64,000 bases of DNA, from IMG/VR virus record IMGVR_UViG_3300046782_000843, one strand, 5' to 3'. The DNA comes from a virus. Shown one piece after another: positions 9,185 to 17,265 of the stretch. Position 1 is the stretch's first letter, and every line of letters begins with the position of its first letter. The position numbers and the translations under genes are program-made. A model generated the notes under the pieces. The model ran no database searches. It saw nothing but the letters and a program-made list of their open reading frames with translations, and was not told where the DNA came from.

Positions 9185-9787
9185 ATGACGTATTACCCGA
9201 CGCTCGACGAAGACCTGGCCCGCGCGAAGGAGATCCTGGAGAAGGGCAAACCGGCCGCCGAGTCGCTCGACGGGGTGATCGACGCGGAGGGGCGGATCAC
9301 CGAGGCGGTCATCACCTGGGGCGGGGCGACGATCTACGGTGGTGATGTGTATGCGGCCTACAAGCTGCTGGAGTCCTTCGTCGCCGAGATCACGGACCTG
9401 CGCCGGTGGAAGGACGCGGTCTCCGACGCCTGCATCACCGACTGGATCTTCACCCGCGAGCACGACACCAACCCGCGCAAGGCGGTCAACGACCTGCTGG
9501 TGTGGCAGGCGCGGTTGGCACTCGACCCGGCGGTGAGCCAGGAGGCGGCGAAGCTGCACGCGCGCATCGAGGACCTGGAGGCGGCGATCAAGGGGGCCGA
9601 GACCCTGGTCAGCGTGAACATGCAGACGATCGCCAAGCAGCAGGAGGCGCTGACCGCGATGACCGGGCGCAATGTCCAGCTCCTGCTGGAGGTCGAGCAG
9701 CTGCGCGTGCAGAACGCCGACTTCCTCTCGCTGATCCGAGAGCTGCGGCTCGCACTCGAAGGCCAGTCGCCTGAATCGCACCACTAG
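9185..9787 (+). CDS. hypothetical coiled-coil protein, reverse-oriented
   Basis: 200 aa with a strong RBS (GAGAGGAGG). The C-terminal half is heptad-like. Its TAG shares a CTAG with the convergent stop at 9784. Confidence 0.7.
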   Translation: MTYYPTLDEDLARAKEILEKGKPAAESLDGVIDAEGRITEAVITWGGATIYGGDVYAAYKLLESFVAEITDLRRWKDAVSDACITDWIFTREHDTNPRKAVNDLLVWQARLALDPAVSQEAAKLHARIEDLEAAIKGAETLVSVNMQTIAKQQEALTAMTGRNVQLLLEVEQLRVQNADFLSLIRELRLALEGQSPESHH

Positions 9788-10284
9788 TCCTTGCTCAGGT
9801 GATCGAGCGCGGAGGGTGTCGAGTCGTTGATGCCTGGCCCGTACTCGGTGTCCGCCACACTCGCGTCCCGCTTGAGGTCCGCCGCGTGCGCCTTCACCCA
9901 CTTGGGGTCGGGCTGCGCGCCGCCGGTCCATCCCGGCGGGGCGAGGGTGTGGACGTCCTTGTTGGAGTCGGTGTTGGCCCAGCGCCGGAAGACCACCGGC
10001 TCACCCTCGCCGTTGCGGTAGGCCTGCTCGGCCTCGCGCTCGACCCGGCGCATGGTGTGGAGCGAGTCGACCTGCACCAGGTTGCCGCGGCCGTCGCGGC
10101 AGGTGAAGCCCTTGAAGCCTGCGCCCTTGACCGCGCCGATGTCCATCGCGCGGGTGAAGGGGATCCAGTTGGTGGGTCGGCCGCAGTGGAGCGGGGCGCC
10201 CGCGGTCGCGCCGATGGCGATCGGGACGTTGACGTCCACGAGGACTTGCCCGCAGACCTGACACCAGAAGTCGTGGAGCGCCAT
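9784..10284 (-). CDS. hypothetical protein with N-terminal CxxC...HC zinc-ribbon-like motif
   Basis: 166 aa from ATG 10284 of track ORF 9784..11244; the upstream part of that ORF is Arg/Pro junk. The start overlaps the upstream stop (TGATG). Confidence 0.65.
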   Translation of the reverse strand: MALHDFWCQVCGQVLVDVNVPIAIGATAGAPLHCGRPTNWIPFTRAMDIGAVKGAGFKGFTCRDGRGNLVQVDSLHTMRRVEREAEQAYRNGEGEPVVFRRWANTDSNKDVHTLAPPGWTGGAQPDPKWVKAHAADLKRDASVADTEYGPGINDSTPSALDHLSKD

Positions 10285-10853
10285 CAGCGCGATCCTTTCA
10301 GCGGAGGGGGAGTCGGGCGGTCGGGCGGCAGCGCGATGTCCTCGTGCAGGCGCGCGGAGACATCGCTCACGTCCTGCGCCGAGAGGCCGGACCACCCGTC
10401 GTAGTTGTCGGGGAGCCCCATGCCGTGCGACAGCTCGTGGCGTGAGGTGTCGAGCAGCTCCTGGTACTTGCGCGACCAGGTCTCGGGGGCATCGGCGTCG
10501 CTCGGCACGGTTCCACGCCCGAACTGCATGTGCCCACCCTCGAAGCGCCGCGCCCGTATCCAGGGCCAGAGTGGGAGCACCGTCGCGGTGGGGGACTTCG
10601 CGGCGGCCTCGGGATACTGGTCGTTCATCTGGCCGAGCGCGAGGTCGGCGGTCGCGTTCTTCCCAAGCGGCGTGAGCCCCCAGAAGGGCGGGACCTGCGT
10701 GGTCTGCCGCGTCGGCGACGGCGTCATCCGGCTCGGGTTGAGGATGCCGTCCAGCCACGCGCTGATCTGGGTCCGCTTTTCCGGCGTGACGCGGCCGGTC
10801 AGGAGCGACTTCACAGAGGGCGGCTCGGGGCGAGACTTGCGTTCGGTCGGCAT
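10284..10853 (-). CDS. putative zinc metallopeptidase (metzincin/snapalysin-like motif)
   Basis: 189 aa from ATG 10853 (GGGAGG RBS). It contains HELSHGMGLPD, which matches HExxHxxGxxD. Confidence 0.6.
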   Translation of the reverse strand: MPTERKSRPEPPSVKSLLTGRVTPEKRTQISAWLDGILNPSRMTPSPTRQTTQVPPFWGLTPLGKNATADLALGQMNDQYPEAAAKSPTATVLPLWPWIRARRFEGGHMQFGRGTVPSDADAPETWSRKYQELLDTSRHELSHGMGLPDNYDGWSGLSAQDVSDVSARLHEDIALPPDRPTPPPLKGSR

Positions 10854-10855
10854 CG

Positions 10856-11332
10856 CTAGCCTCCCTTGTAGAACAGCTCGTCTTCGATCCGGCTGACCAC
10901 CGCGCGCATCTCCTCCTCGACCGACCGCCCGCGCTTGTGGGCGCGGTGCGCCAGCTCCGCGAGCTGCCCCGGCGTGAACGGGATGCGGATGTCGCCAATG
11001 CAGATCGAGGCCAGGCGACTGACGGCGCGGGTGAACTCGTCGGGGGTGCGGGTGCTGCCCACGCCGGTGTAGGCTTCGAGGTGGTTGCACTCAGTGCGAG
11101 AGAGGTGCAGGCCGGGCGTGAGGGTGGGCGCGTGGCGCACCAGCGACCAGGCGAGGCGCTGGATCTCGCTGACGACCGCGGCCGGTTCCCGCGGCCCTGC
11201 GGGGTTCGGTGGTGCGCTAGCACCGCCGGTGGGCGTGTCTTCACGCCCGGTTGCGTTCGTCCCCGAAGTAGAGGCTGCTCCCGGTGTCGGACTCAGTGAG
11301 GTCATAGGCATCATCGCGGATGGTTTCGCCAT
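10856..11332 (-). CDS. putative ribbon-helix-helix DNA-binding protein
   Basis: The C-terminal IRIPFTPGQLAELAHRAHKRGRSVEEEMRAVVSRI fits a strand-helix-helix pattern. The start is uncertain: ATG 11332 overlaps the terminase 3' end by 92 nt, and ATGs at 11314, 11311 and 11305 are alternatives. Confidence 0.5.
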   Translation of the reverse strand: MAKPSAMMPMTSLSPTPGAASTSGTNATGREDTPTGGASAPPNPAGPREPAAVVSEIQRLAWSLVRHAPTLTPGLHLSRTECNHLEAYTGVGSTRTPDEFTRAVSRLASICIGDIRIPFTPGQLAELAHRAHKRGRSVEEEMRAVVSRIEDELFYKGG

Positions 11333-13583
11333 AGTCGGGCTCCGTCTCGTCGGCTTCTTCGGCGGTCATGGGCGAGTTGCGGAAGTCAGGCCGCTCCACG
11401 CCCTTCTGCTGATTGAGGTGGTCGAGCGCGGCCTTGCGGCGGCGACGCTCGGCCACCGGTTCGACTTCGCCGCCTGCCATGCGCCAGGCGACGTAGTAGC
11501 CGATTGCTGAGGCCATCACCGCGTCGTCGTGCTGCCCGCGGGCGGCCTGGGCTTCGCCGATTGTCGACTGGGTGATGAAGTGGCGCAATTCCCCCCTGGT
11601 GATCGGGGAGTTGAGGATGAGGTCCGGCATCTGGGAGAGCGGGTCGAAGGTGGTGATCGCACCGTAGTAGCTGGCGAGGAGGAGCGGGCGCGTGCGCGGG
11701 CTGGTCATCCAGCCGATGCGGGTCGAGTAGCGCCGCTCGACGCTGGCGGCGTCGGCGTATTCCCAGACGTAGAAGTGGGCGTAGCCCAGGTGCAGTTGGA
11801 GGGTGTCCTGGGTGGCCAAGCCGTGGTTGTTGGTCTCGACCGCGGCCATCGCTTCCACCCCGTCGGCGTCGCAGTAGTAGCGGCCGATGGCGTCGACAAT
11901 GAAGGCCAGGGCCTTGGGGTCGAGCTTGTTGGTGCAGTACTGGGCGACCTGTTCGGCGGGCTCTTCGATCGTCGGCTGGCGGATCACATCGACGATCGAG
12001 TAGTCCTGGCCCAGGCCGTCAGAGACGTCGACCGCGATGATGTAGCGGCGGTGGCCGCGCAGGCGCGGGTATTCCCAGATGGAGAGGACCGACTGGCGCA
12101 GGTTGGGGAGCTGGGCGAGCTGCGCCTTGTCGAGGCGCCGGAAGCCGTAGCCGGGCGGGACCGGGTTGGTCTCGTGGGCGATGGCGGAGCCACGCAGGCC
12201 CGCGTGCGGCGAGAGCGGCGGGACCGGGCGTTTGGGCTGGATGTCCGGCGAGCCACTAGTCTCGGCATTAGTCGTGTCGGCCTCGGCCGCGTCGGCGGCC
12301 AGGGTGTCGCGGCGCAGCTTGGCGACGTCGAGCGCGGGCTCGACCACCCAGACGTCCTTGAGCTTGCGGATCGAGCCTGCCTCGTCGATCTGTTCGAGCT
12401 GTTCGAGGGTGAAGACCGAGCGGCCGGAGTACTGGAAGCACTCGTGGTCGTCGGCCGGATACTCCTTGAGGAACTTGTAGAGCTGCCCCTTCTTCTCGTA
12501 GAAGCGCCGGGTGGTTTCGTACCAGTAGAGCTGATTACGGTCGAGGGTGACCGTCTTGCCGCCATACCACTTGGGGCTGTCGCGCTCGCACTTGACGGCG
12601 TGCGCCAGGGTGGCGGAGCTGGGCGACCAGTCGAGCGGCGCGGGGAGCGAGTACTTGGAAGGCTCGGCCGACCAGGGGATGAAGATGTTGCGGAAGCGGC
12701 CCTCGCCCTCGCCGCTGGCCAGCCAGTGCGTGTGCCACCAGTCCCCGGCGTACTCGGCGGTGGCCTCGTAGAGGACCAGGGTGTCGGGGGCGTAGGGGAT
12801 GGCGGGCAGGAGCGCCGTGTCGAGCTGCTCGGGGTTCTCCCAGGTGGGGAGTTCGGAGATGTGGACGACGCTGAAGGTCTGGCCGCGGCCGATTGAGCCT
12901 TTGTTGCCTTCCTGGCCGGTGACCGAGGCCAGGGCGCCGCGGGTCGACTTGCCCCAGGCGGTCTTGAGGTAGCACTGGTTGGTGAGGCTGAGTTCGCGGT
13001 TCTTGGTGAAGTAGACCTTGCCGGGGCGCAGGAACCAGGGCAGCTGGTCGTAGAGGCGCACGACCATGCGAAAGAGGTAACCGGCTTGGTCCTCGACGTC
13101 GGCGCCGCACAGGGCGCGAACGTGGTGGCGGGTGACGACGCGGTGGAAGACGAGGGACTCGGCGAAGGTCGAGACCCCGAGCTGGCGCGCCTTGAGGATG
13201 TTGAAGAGCAGGCCGTCGGGGCTGCCGGACTGGACGTTGGCCAGCTCGTAGCGGGCGAGCTGGTCGAGCACCAGGCGCTGGGATTCCCAGAGCGGACAGA
13301 GGCGGCGCAGGCCGTGGCCCTCTTCGTCGATCCAGCAGAAGCGCTCGGCGAAGTAGGGGTAGTCGAAGATGACCCGCAGCTTGGTCGCCGAGACGAAGCG
13401 CTGCTCCTCGGAGTCGAGCGCGCGGGTCAGCGCCCCCTTCTCCTCGTCCCAGGCGCTAGTGACCAGGGCGGTCAGGCCCGCGGAGTCGTCGGGGGAGTAC
13501 CAGGGCAGCGGGCCCTGGAAGACCGAGGCGAAGCGGGTGGTGACTTCGGCTTCGTCCTCGGCGATGAGGTCGGGGTGATACAT
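11241..13583 (-). CDS. terL: terminase large subunit
   Basis: 780 aa. Walker A-like LKARQLGVST, Walker B-like SVVHISE, then nuclease-type acidic motifs (IIAVDVSDG, GQHDDAVMA), in the order typical of large terminases. Confidence 0.9.
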   Translation of the reverse strand: MYHPDLIAEDEAEVTTRFASVFQGPLPWYSPDDSAGLTALVTSAWDEEKGALTRALDSEEQRFVSATKLRVIFDYPYFAERFCWIDEEGHGLRRLCPLWESQRLVLDQLARYELANVQSGSPDGLLFNILKARQLGVSTFAESLVFHRVVTRHHVRALCGADVEDQAGYLFRMVVRLYDQLPWFLRPGKVYFTKNRELSLTNQCYLKTAWGKSTRGALASVTGQEGNKGSIGRGQTFSVVHISELPTWENPEQLDTALLPAIPYAPDTLVLYEATAEYAGDWWHTHWLASGEGEGRFRNIFIPWSAEPSKYSLPAPLDWSPSSATLAHAVKCERDSPKWYGGKTVTLDRNQLYWYETTRRFYEKKGQLYKFLKEYPADDHECFQYSGRSVFTLEQLEQIDEAGSIRKLKDVWVVEPALDVAKLRRDTLAADAAEADTTNAETSGSPDIQPKRPVPPLSPHAGLRGSAIAHETNPVPPGYGFRRLDKAQLAQLPNLRQSVLSIWEYPRLRGHRRYIIAVDVSDGLGQDYSIVDVIRQPTIEEPAEQVAQYCTNKLDPKALAFIVDAIGRYYCDADGVEAMAAVETNNHGLATQDTLQLHLGYAHFYVWEYADAASVERRYSTRIGWMTSPRTRPLLLASYYGAITTFDPLSQMPDLILNSPITRGELRHFITQSTIGEAQAARGQHDDAVMASAIGYYVAWRMAGGEVEPVAERRRRKAALDHLNQQKGVERPDFRNSPMTAEEADETEPDYGETIRDDAYDLTESDTGSSLYFGDERNRA

Positions 13584-13601
13584 GCAGGGCTCAGGTCTGG
13601 G

Positions 13602-14276
13602 CTAGTACACGACGCCGGGCGGCATGCCCATCTTGGTGAACCAGGGAGCGGTCTGCGGCTGGTCACCGCCTGCGGCCGCGGGGGCCTGCTCGGGGGCTGG
13701 GTAGGTAGCCGGAGCGGCCTGGCCGAGGCCGCCACCCTGCATGGGGGCGCGCCCGGTGAAGCCACCGCCGAAGGTGCCGGGAGGCCCGAAGCCGCCGCCG
13801 CCGAGGCGTCCGCGGGCGAAGCGCTGGCCAGGAGCCATCGGACCGGCGCCGCCCATCGCGGCACCAGGCGTGAGCGGGGCGGTCGCGCCGCCGGGCTGGA
13901 CCTGGGGCTGCGGCTGCATCGCGCCGACGAGCTGGGCGATGCCGGGGGCGATGCCGGGGGCGCTGGCGGGCTGGGGCTGGACACCAGGGGTGGGCGCGGT
14001 GCCTGCGGCGCCCATTGCGCCTTGGACGCCCGGCAGCGCGCCCTGGGCCGCGCCCGCGAGCTGCGGGGCGACCTGCTGGCCGAGCTGGCCGAGCTGTCCG
14101 GCGACCTGGTTCAGGCCGGGGCGTTTGGGTTGGAAGCCAGGGACGCCGCGGCCGTTGCCGCCCTTGCCGGTGCCGAAGCCGCCGACCTGCTGGCCCATGG
14201 TGCCCAGCTGGCCGACCTTCTGGCTGGCGGAGCCGGGGGCCGCGAGTCCTTGAAAGGCTGAAGCCATGGCGCCCAT
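13602..14276 (-). CDS. Gly/Gln/Pro-rich low-complexity protein
   Basis: 224 aa with GQLGQ and FGG repeats. Third codon positions are almost all G/C, and the stop is 18 nt before the terminase ATG, so I accept it as coding. Confidence 0.6.
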   Translation of the reverse strand: MGAMASAFQGLAAPGSASQKVGQLGTMGQQVGGFGTGKGGNGRGVPGFQPKRPGLNQVAGQLGQLGQQVAPQLAGAAQGALPGVQGAMGAAGTAPTPGVQPQPASAPGIAPGIAQLVGAMQPQPQVQPGGATAPLTPGAAMGGAGPMAPGQRFARGRLGGGGFGPPGTFGGGFTGRAPMQGGGLGQAAPATYPAPEQAPAAAGGDQPQTAPWFTKMGMPPGVVY

Positions 14277-14357
14277 AGACCTAACCTCGGGTCCCTGTCA
14301 ACGGACAGGGTGGGAAAACGCGGGGGGTTGTTTTCGGGGTGTCCCTGGCGCGCATGG

Positions 14358-14858
14358 TCAGTGTCCCTCCTGTAGTGAGCCGAGGCGGAGCGCCCCGGGG
14401 GCGTCGGCGACCTGGAGGACGAAGAGCCGACCCGCGGCGGGCGTGAAGCGGAAGCGTTCGAGGAGGGCCGCGACCTCGGGGGTGGCGTCTTCGGCGCCGC
14501 AGTAGACCTGCTGGATGTCGGCGTCCTTGAAGGACTGGAGGCCTGCGGTGAGGAGCTGGCGCAGGACGACCCCGCGGGTGCCGCCGGGGAGGGTGTCGTC
14601 GACCCACCAGGCGTCCCAGTGCATGGCGGTGAAGAGGGAGCAGGTGCCGACGATGACCGGTTCGCCGTCGAGGCCGACCTGCTCGACCACGAGGACGGCC
14701 CAGCAGCCGGGGTCGTCGGGGAGGCCGCGGGTGGCGAAGGGCTCGATCGGCAGCAGGCGGTCCCACTCGTCGGCGGGGAGGATACGGACGCGGGTGCCGC
14801 GGGGCTGAGGCGAGAAGGGGCTCAGCATCGCGGGGTCTTCGGGCTCGGGGCTGGTCAT
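14358..14858 (-). CDS. hypothetical protein
   Basis: 166 aa, globular-looking. ATGA overlap with the upstream gene. No confident motif. Confidence 0.65.
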   Translation of the reverse strand: MTSPEPEDPAMLSPFSPQPRGTRVRILPADEWDRLLPIEPFATRGLPDDPGCWAVLVVEQVGLDGEPVIVGTCSLFTAMHWDAWWVDDTLPGGTRGVVLRQLLTAGLQSFKDADIQQVYCGAEDATPEVAALLERFRFTPAAGRLFVLQVADAPGALRLGSLQEGH

Positions 14859-15619
14859 GGCGTCGCCTCGTGGGGAGCAGGAGTCTGGGGCGTGGGCGTG
14901 ACGTCGATGGTGGTGGCGGAGCCGCCGGGGGCGGCGGCGCGCACGCGGCCAGGGGTGAAGAGGAGGTCGCCGACCACTTGTTGCAGCTGTTCGAGGCTGC
15001 CGGGGGCGGTCGAGGCGAGGGCGGTCGACCCGGCGGCGATGGCGTTCTGCTGGACGATGACACCCGCGCGCGGCTCGATGAGGTGCGCGAGCTGGAGGGC
15101 GAGCTTCTGGCGCTCGACGTTGGGCTCGGTCATGACGGTGCCGGTGCCGCCGCAGTCAAGACAGGGTTTCGCGGGCGGGCTGTCGGGCGGTGGTGGCGGG
15201 GCGGCCTGGCAGCGGCAGGGGATGGGCTGCGGGGCGGCGCGGCGCATGACGTCGTCGACCACCGGCGGCAGCTGCGTGATGATGCGGTGCGCGGCGTCGA
15301 TGTGCGCCTGGACGAAGAGGGCGCGCTTGTAGCTGGCGAAGAGGTCGGCGACGGTGATCCCGGCGTAGATGCAGATCTTGCGCAGGGGCCAGGCCTGGTA
15401 GGCCGGGTCGAGCAGGCAGTTGATGACCTTGTCGACGTGGCCGTCGGTGTCGGCGACCGCGAGGGTGGCCATGAGCTTCTGGCGCCCGCCGACCGCGCGG
15501 GTGAAGAGGTCGACCGCGGCGTCCGAGAGGTCGAGTTCCTGGGACGTCAGCGCGGTGGACTGTCGTGGGGCGCGTGGGGCGACCTTGGCGACCGGCGAGC
15601 GCTTCTGCGGCTTGGGCAT
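14855..15619 (-). CDS. DNA-binding/zinc-finger protein, candidate small terminase subunit
   Basis: 254 aa with a basic N-terminus, an HTH-like LRKICIYAGITVADLFASYKR segment, and CLDCGGTG (CxxCxGxG zinc finger). It lies upstream of terL. The TerS role is speculative. Confidence 0.65.
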   Translation of the reverse strand: MPKPQKRSPVAKVAPRAPRQSTALTSQELDLSDAAVDLFTRAVGGRQKLMATLAVADTDGHVDKVINCLLDPAYQAWPLRKICIYAGITVADLFASYKRALFVQAHIDAAHRIITQLPPVVDDVMRRAAPQPIPCRCQAAPPPPPDSPPAKPCLDCGGTGTVMTEPNVERQKLALQLAHLIEPRAGVIVQQNAIAAGSTALASTAPGSLEQLQQVVGDLLFTPGRVRAAAPGGSATTIDVTPTPQTPAPHEATP

Positions 15620-15630
15620 GCGCCTGGCTC

Positions 15631-15816
15631 CTACTCGAAGCGCCGGACGATGCGGCCGCCCAGCAGGCCAGCGGCGACCAGGCCCGGCACCGGGCGGTCA
15701 ATCTGGCGCCGCGGGACGTCGAGCGGCGGTTGCTCGCGCAGGAAGCGCGCGACCTCGGCGCGGTCGACCGGCGGGACGGCGTAGGGCGGCGCGTGCTTGG
15801 GGTCGTCGGGGGTCAT
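15631..15816 (-). CDS. hypothetical small protein
   Basis: 61 aa. ATGA overlap with the upstream mini-ORF. Confidence 0.5.
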   Translation of the reverse strand: MTPDDPKHAPPYAVPPVDRAEVARFLREQPPLDVPRRQIDRPVPGLVAAGLLGGRIVRRFE

Positions 15817-15890
15817 CGGCGGGCCTCCAGGCGCATCCGCAGGATCTTCGAAGATGCGCGGCGTGGGCGTTCGAACATCGCTGGAGTCAT
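15813..15890 (-). CDS. possible 25-aa mini-ORF created by a junction duplication
   Basis: MTPAMFERPRRASSKILRMRLEARR, with ATGA overlaps at both ends. The 17-nt junction GTCATCGGCGGGCCTCC is duplicated at 15812-15828 and 15886-15902. Confidence 0.25.
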   Translation of the reverse strand: MTPAMFERPRRASSKILRMRLEARR

Positions 15891-16258
15891 CGGCGGGCCT
15901 CCGCGAGGCGAGCGAGGTCGTCTTCGCGGCTGGTCAGGCGCTCGGCGAGGTCGCGGGTGCGCTCGTCGCCCAGGTGCAGCATGATCTCCTCCTCGTCGGG
16001 GGTGTGGCCGGTGTCGGCTTCGGTGCGGGTGACGTAGGCGAGGGCGGCCGCGAGGTCGTCGGGGTCGACGTGGCTGAGGCCGGTGTCGCGGCGGATGCGG
16101 GCGCGGGTGGCCGTGGAGTCGTCGAGGGGGAGCGCGGGGGCGAAGCGGTCGGTCAGGCGGTCGAGGGCGGCGGCCTGGCGGTCGAGGGTGGCCGCGATGC
16201 GGTCGAGGGCGGCCACGGTGCGCCGGAGCAGGAGCGCGGAGGTGAGTGCCTTGAACAT
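15887..16258 (-). CDS. hypothetical protein, first gene of leftward operon
   Basis: 123 aa with helical, Ala/Arg/Asp-rich but non-repetitive composition. Confidence 0.55.
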   Translation of the reverse strand: MFKALTSALLLRRTVAALDRIAATLDRQAAALDRLTDRFAPALPLDDSTATRARIRRDTGLSHVDPDDLAAALAYVTRTEADTGHTPDEEEIMLHLGDERTRDLAERLTSREDDLARLAEARR

Positions 16259-16714
16259 GAGGGACCAGCGTCCACGCAGAGCTGCAGGCTTGTCTAGTCC
16301 CCCCTGCGCCTGGAGGCGTGACAGGGGAGGTCACAAGGCAAGGCGAGACGACCAGATGTGGTCGTGTGGGCTTGCCCAAGGGGAAAAATTCTAGTGAAAA
16401 AAATATAGCTGGAGTCGGGTGCGCCTGCTCCTAGGAGCTGGGGCCGGGTGCCCGCGGACAATGGCTGAGCTACAACCTCTGCCGTGGCCGCGGTCGAGCT
16501 ACAAGCCCAGCCGTAGGAACGGATGAGCTGCTGCCCGGCTGAGCTGGTGTGCTGCTGGGCTGGTGTGCGGCTGGGCTGGGGGGCTGGCGGGCCAGGACGC
16601 CTCGCGCGGGCGCCTCGTCGAGGGCGGCGCCGCGGCCGTTCGAGCGCCTGGCGAGGCGAAAGTGAGGCCAGATCCGTAGCTCAGCAGGGCTAAGTCCTTT
16701 GTTTGCAACGACTT

Positions 16715-16728
16715 GCTAGTTAACATAA
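16715..16728 (+). repeat. AT-rich 14-mer GCTAGTTAACATAA, copy 1
   Basis: Identical to 40905-40918. The 11-mer GTTAACATAAC also occurs at 40830-40840. TTGCAA (16703-16708) lies upstream. Confidence 0.85.
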
Positions 16729-17044
16729 TAACTCTTATCAGACACTGAGGCTGTCGCGGCTCGCGGCAAGCGGCGTGCCAGGGCGTCGAGGCGGGCCAGG
16801 GCCTGGTCGCGCGCGTCGAGGCGCCGCCGACCGGTCGAGCTGGAACGGTCGAGGTTGAAGCCCGGCTGTGGCTGTGGTCGAGGTTGAAGCTCGGCTGTGA
16901 CTACGGCTGAGCTGGCTACGGTCGAGCTGGCCGCTACGGCTGAGCTGGCGCCTGGCCACGGGCCGCCTGCTGAGCTGGGCTTCGATACACCGCCCTCCAC
17001 GCCGCCCTCGAACGCCCGCCAAGCGACTCGGCCGTCAACCTGGC

Positions 17045-17071
17045 CAGCTATGGCAACGGTTGCCATAGCTG
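17045..17071. promoter_or_regulatory. 27-bp perfect palindrome CAGCTATGGCAAC-G-GTTGCCATAGCTG
   Basis: 13-bp arms around a single central G, read directly from the sequence. Confidence 0.8.
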
Positions 17072-17203
17072 CACACCAAGCTGAGCTGGCCAGCCAGCTG
17101 AACCCTGCCAGCCCAGCCGCAAGGCCAGACGGGGCGAAAGCAGGCGAAACCACGCGGAAACACTGAGCGAATACCGCGATATTACAATCTGTAATGCGTT
17201 TTG

Positions 17204-17265
17204 CACAGGCACGTCCACAGGTTATGCACAGGCTAAGTGAGGCAAAAAGGTCACTTTTCCACAGG
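17204..17265 (+). promoter_or_regulatory. phased CACAGG boxes
   Basis: CACAGG starts at 17204, 17216, 17227 and 17260 (steps of 12, 11 and 33 nt), with a fifth at 17453. An AAGTGA-n10-TCACTT inverted repeat lies between them. Confidence 0.5.

Larger units (their letters stand above)
16430..17090. repeat. iteron array (GAGCTGG-core repeats) in noncoding DNA
   Basis: GAGCTGG occurs at 16435, 16541, 16837, 16909, 16924, 16942, 16972 and 17083. CTACGG(C/T)(T/C)GAGCTGGC occurs three times in tandem at 16901-16949. A 24-nt unit, GGTCGAGGTTGAAGC(C/T)CGGCTGTG, occurs at 16847-16870 and 16876-16899. Confidence 0.8.

Noticed and set aside
9784-11244. 486-aa minus-strand ORF.
   Set aside because: Only its last 166 codons (from ATG 10284) look like protein. 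The upstream part overlaps the metallopeptidase and RHH genes in another frame.
14294-14311. CCCTGTC-n4-GACAGGG hairpin between 14358..14858 and 13602..14276, considered as a terminator.
   Set aside because: It has no U-tract and lies inside an operon whose downstream genes (including the terminase) must be expressed. It may be an RNA processing or stability element, but the evidence is too thin.
16660-16740. tRNA-like words (GTAGCTCAGCAGGGCTAAG; also GCTGAGCTACAA at 16463).
   Set aside because: I could not fold a cloverleaf. There is no T-arm (GTTCGAATC-type) and no acceptor pairing, and the anticodon stem is irregular. The words belong to the GAGCT repeat family.
16430-17090. Possible CRISPR array.
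   Set aside because: The repeats are short (7-24 nt), irregularly spaced and of several types. There is no constant repeat-spacer periodicity, and there are no cas genes.
16716-17153. 145-aa minus-strand ORF inside the iteron region.
   Set aside because: Its Ser/Ala repeats are simply the translated iterons and the 27-bp palindrome, and it has no RBS. The C-terminal roughly 35 residues look protein-like, so this is not fully excluded.
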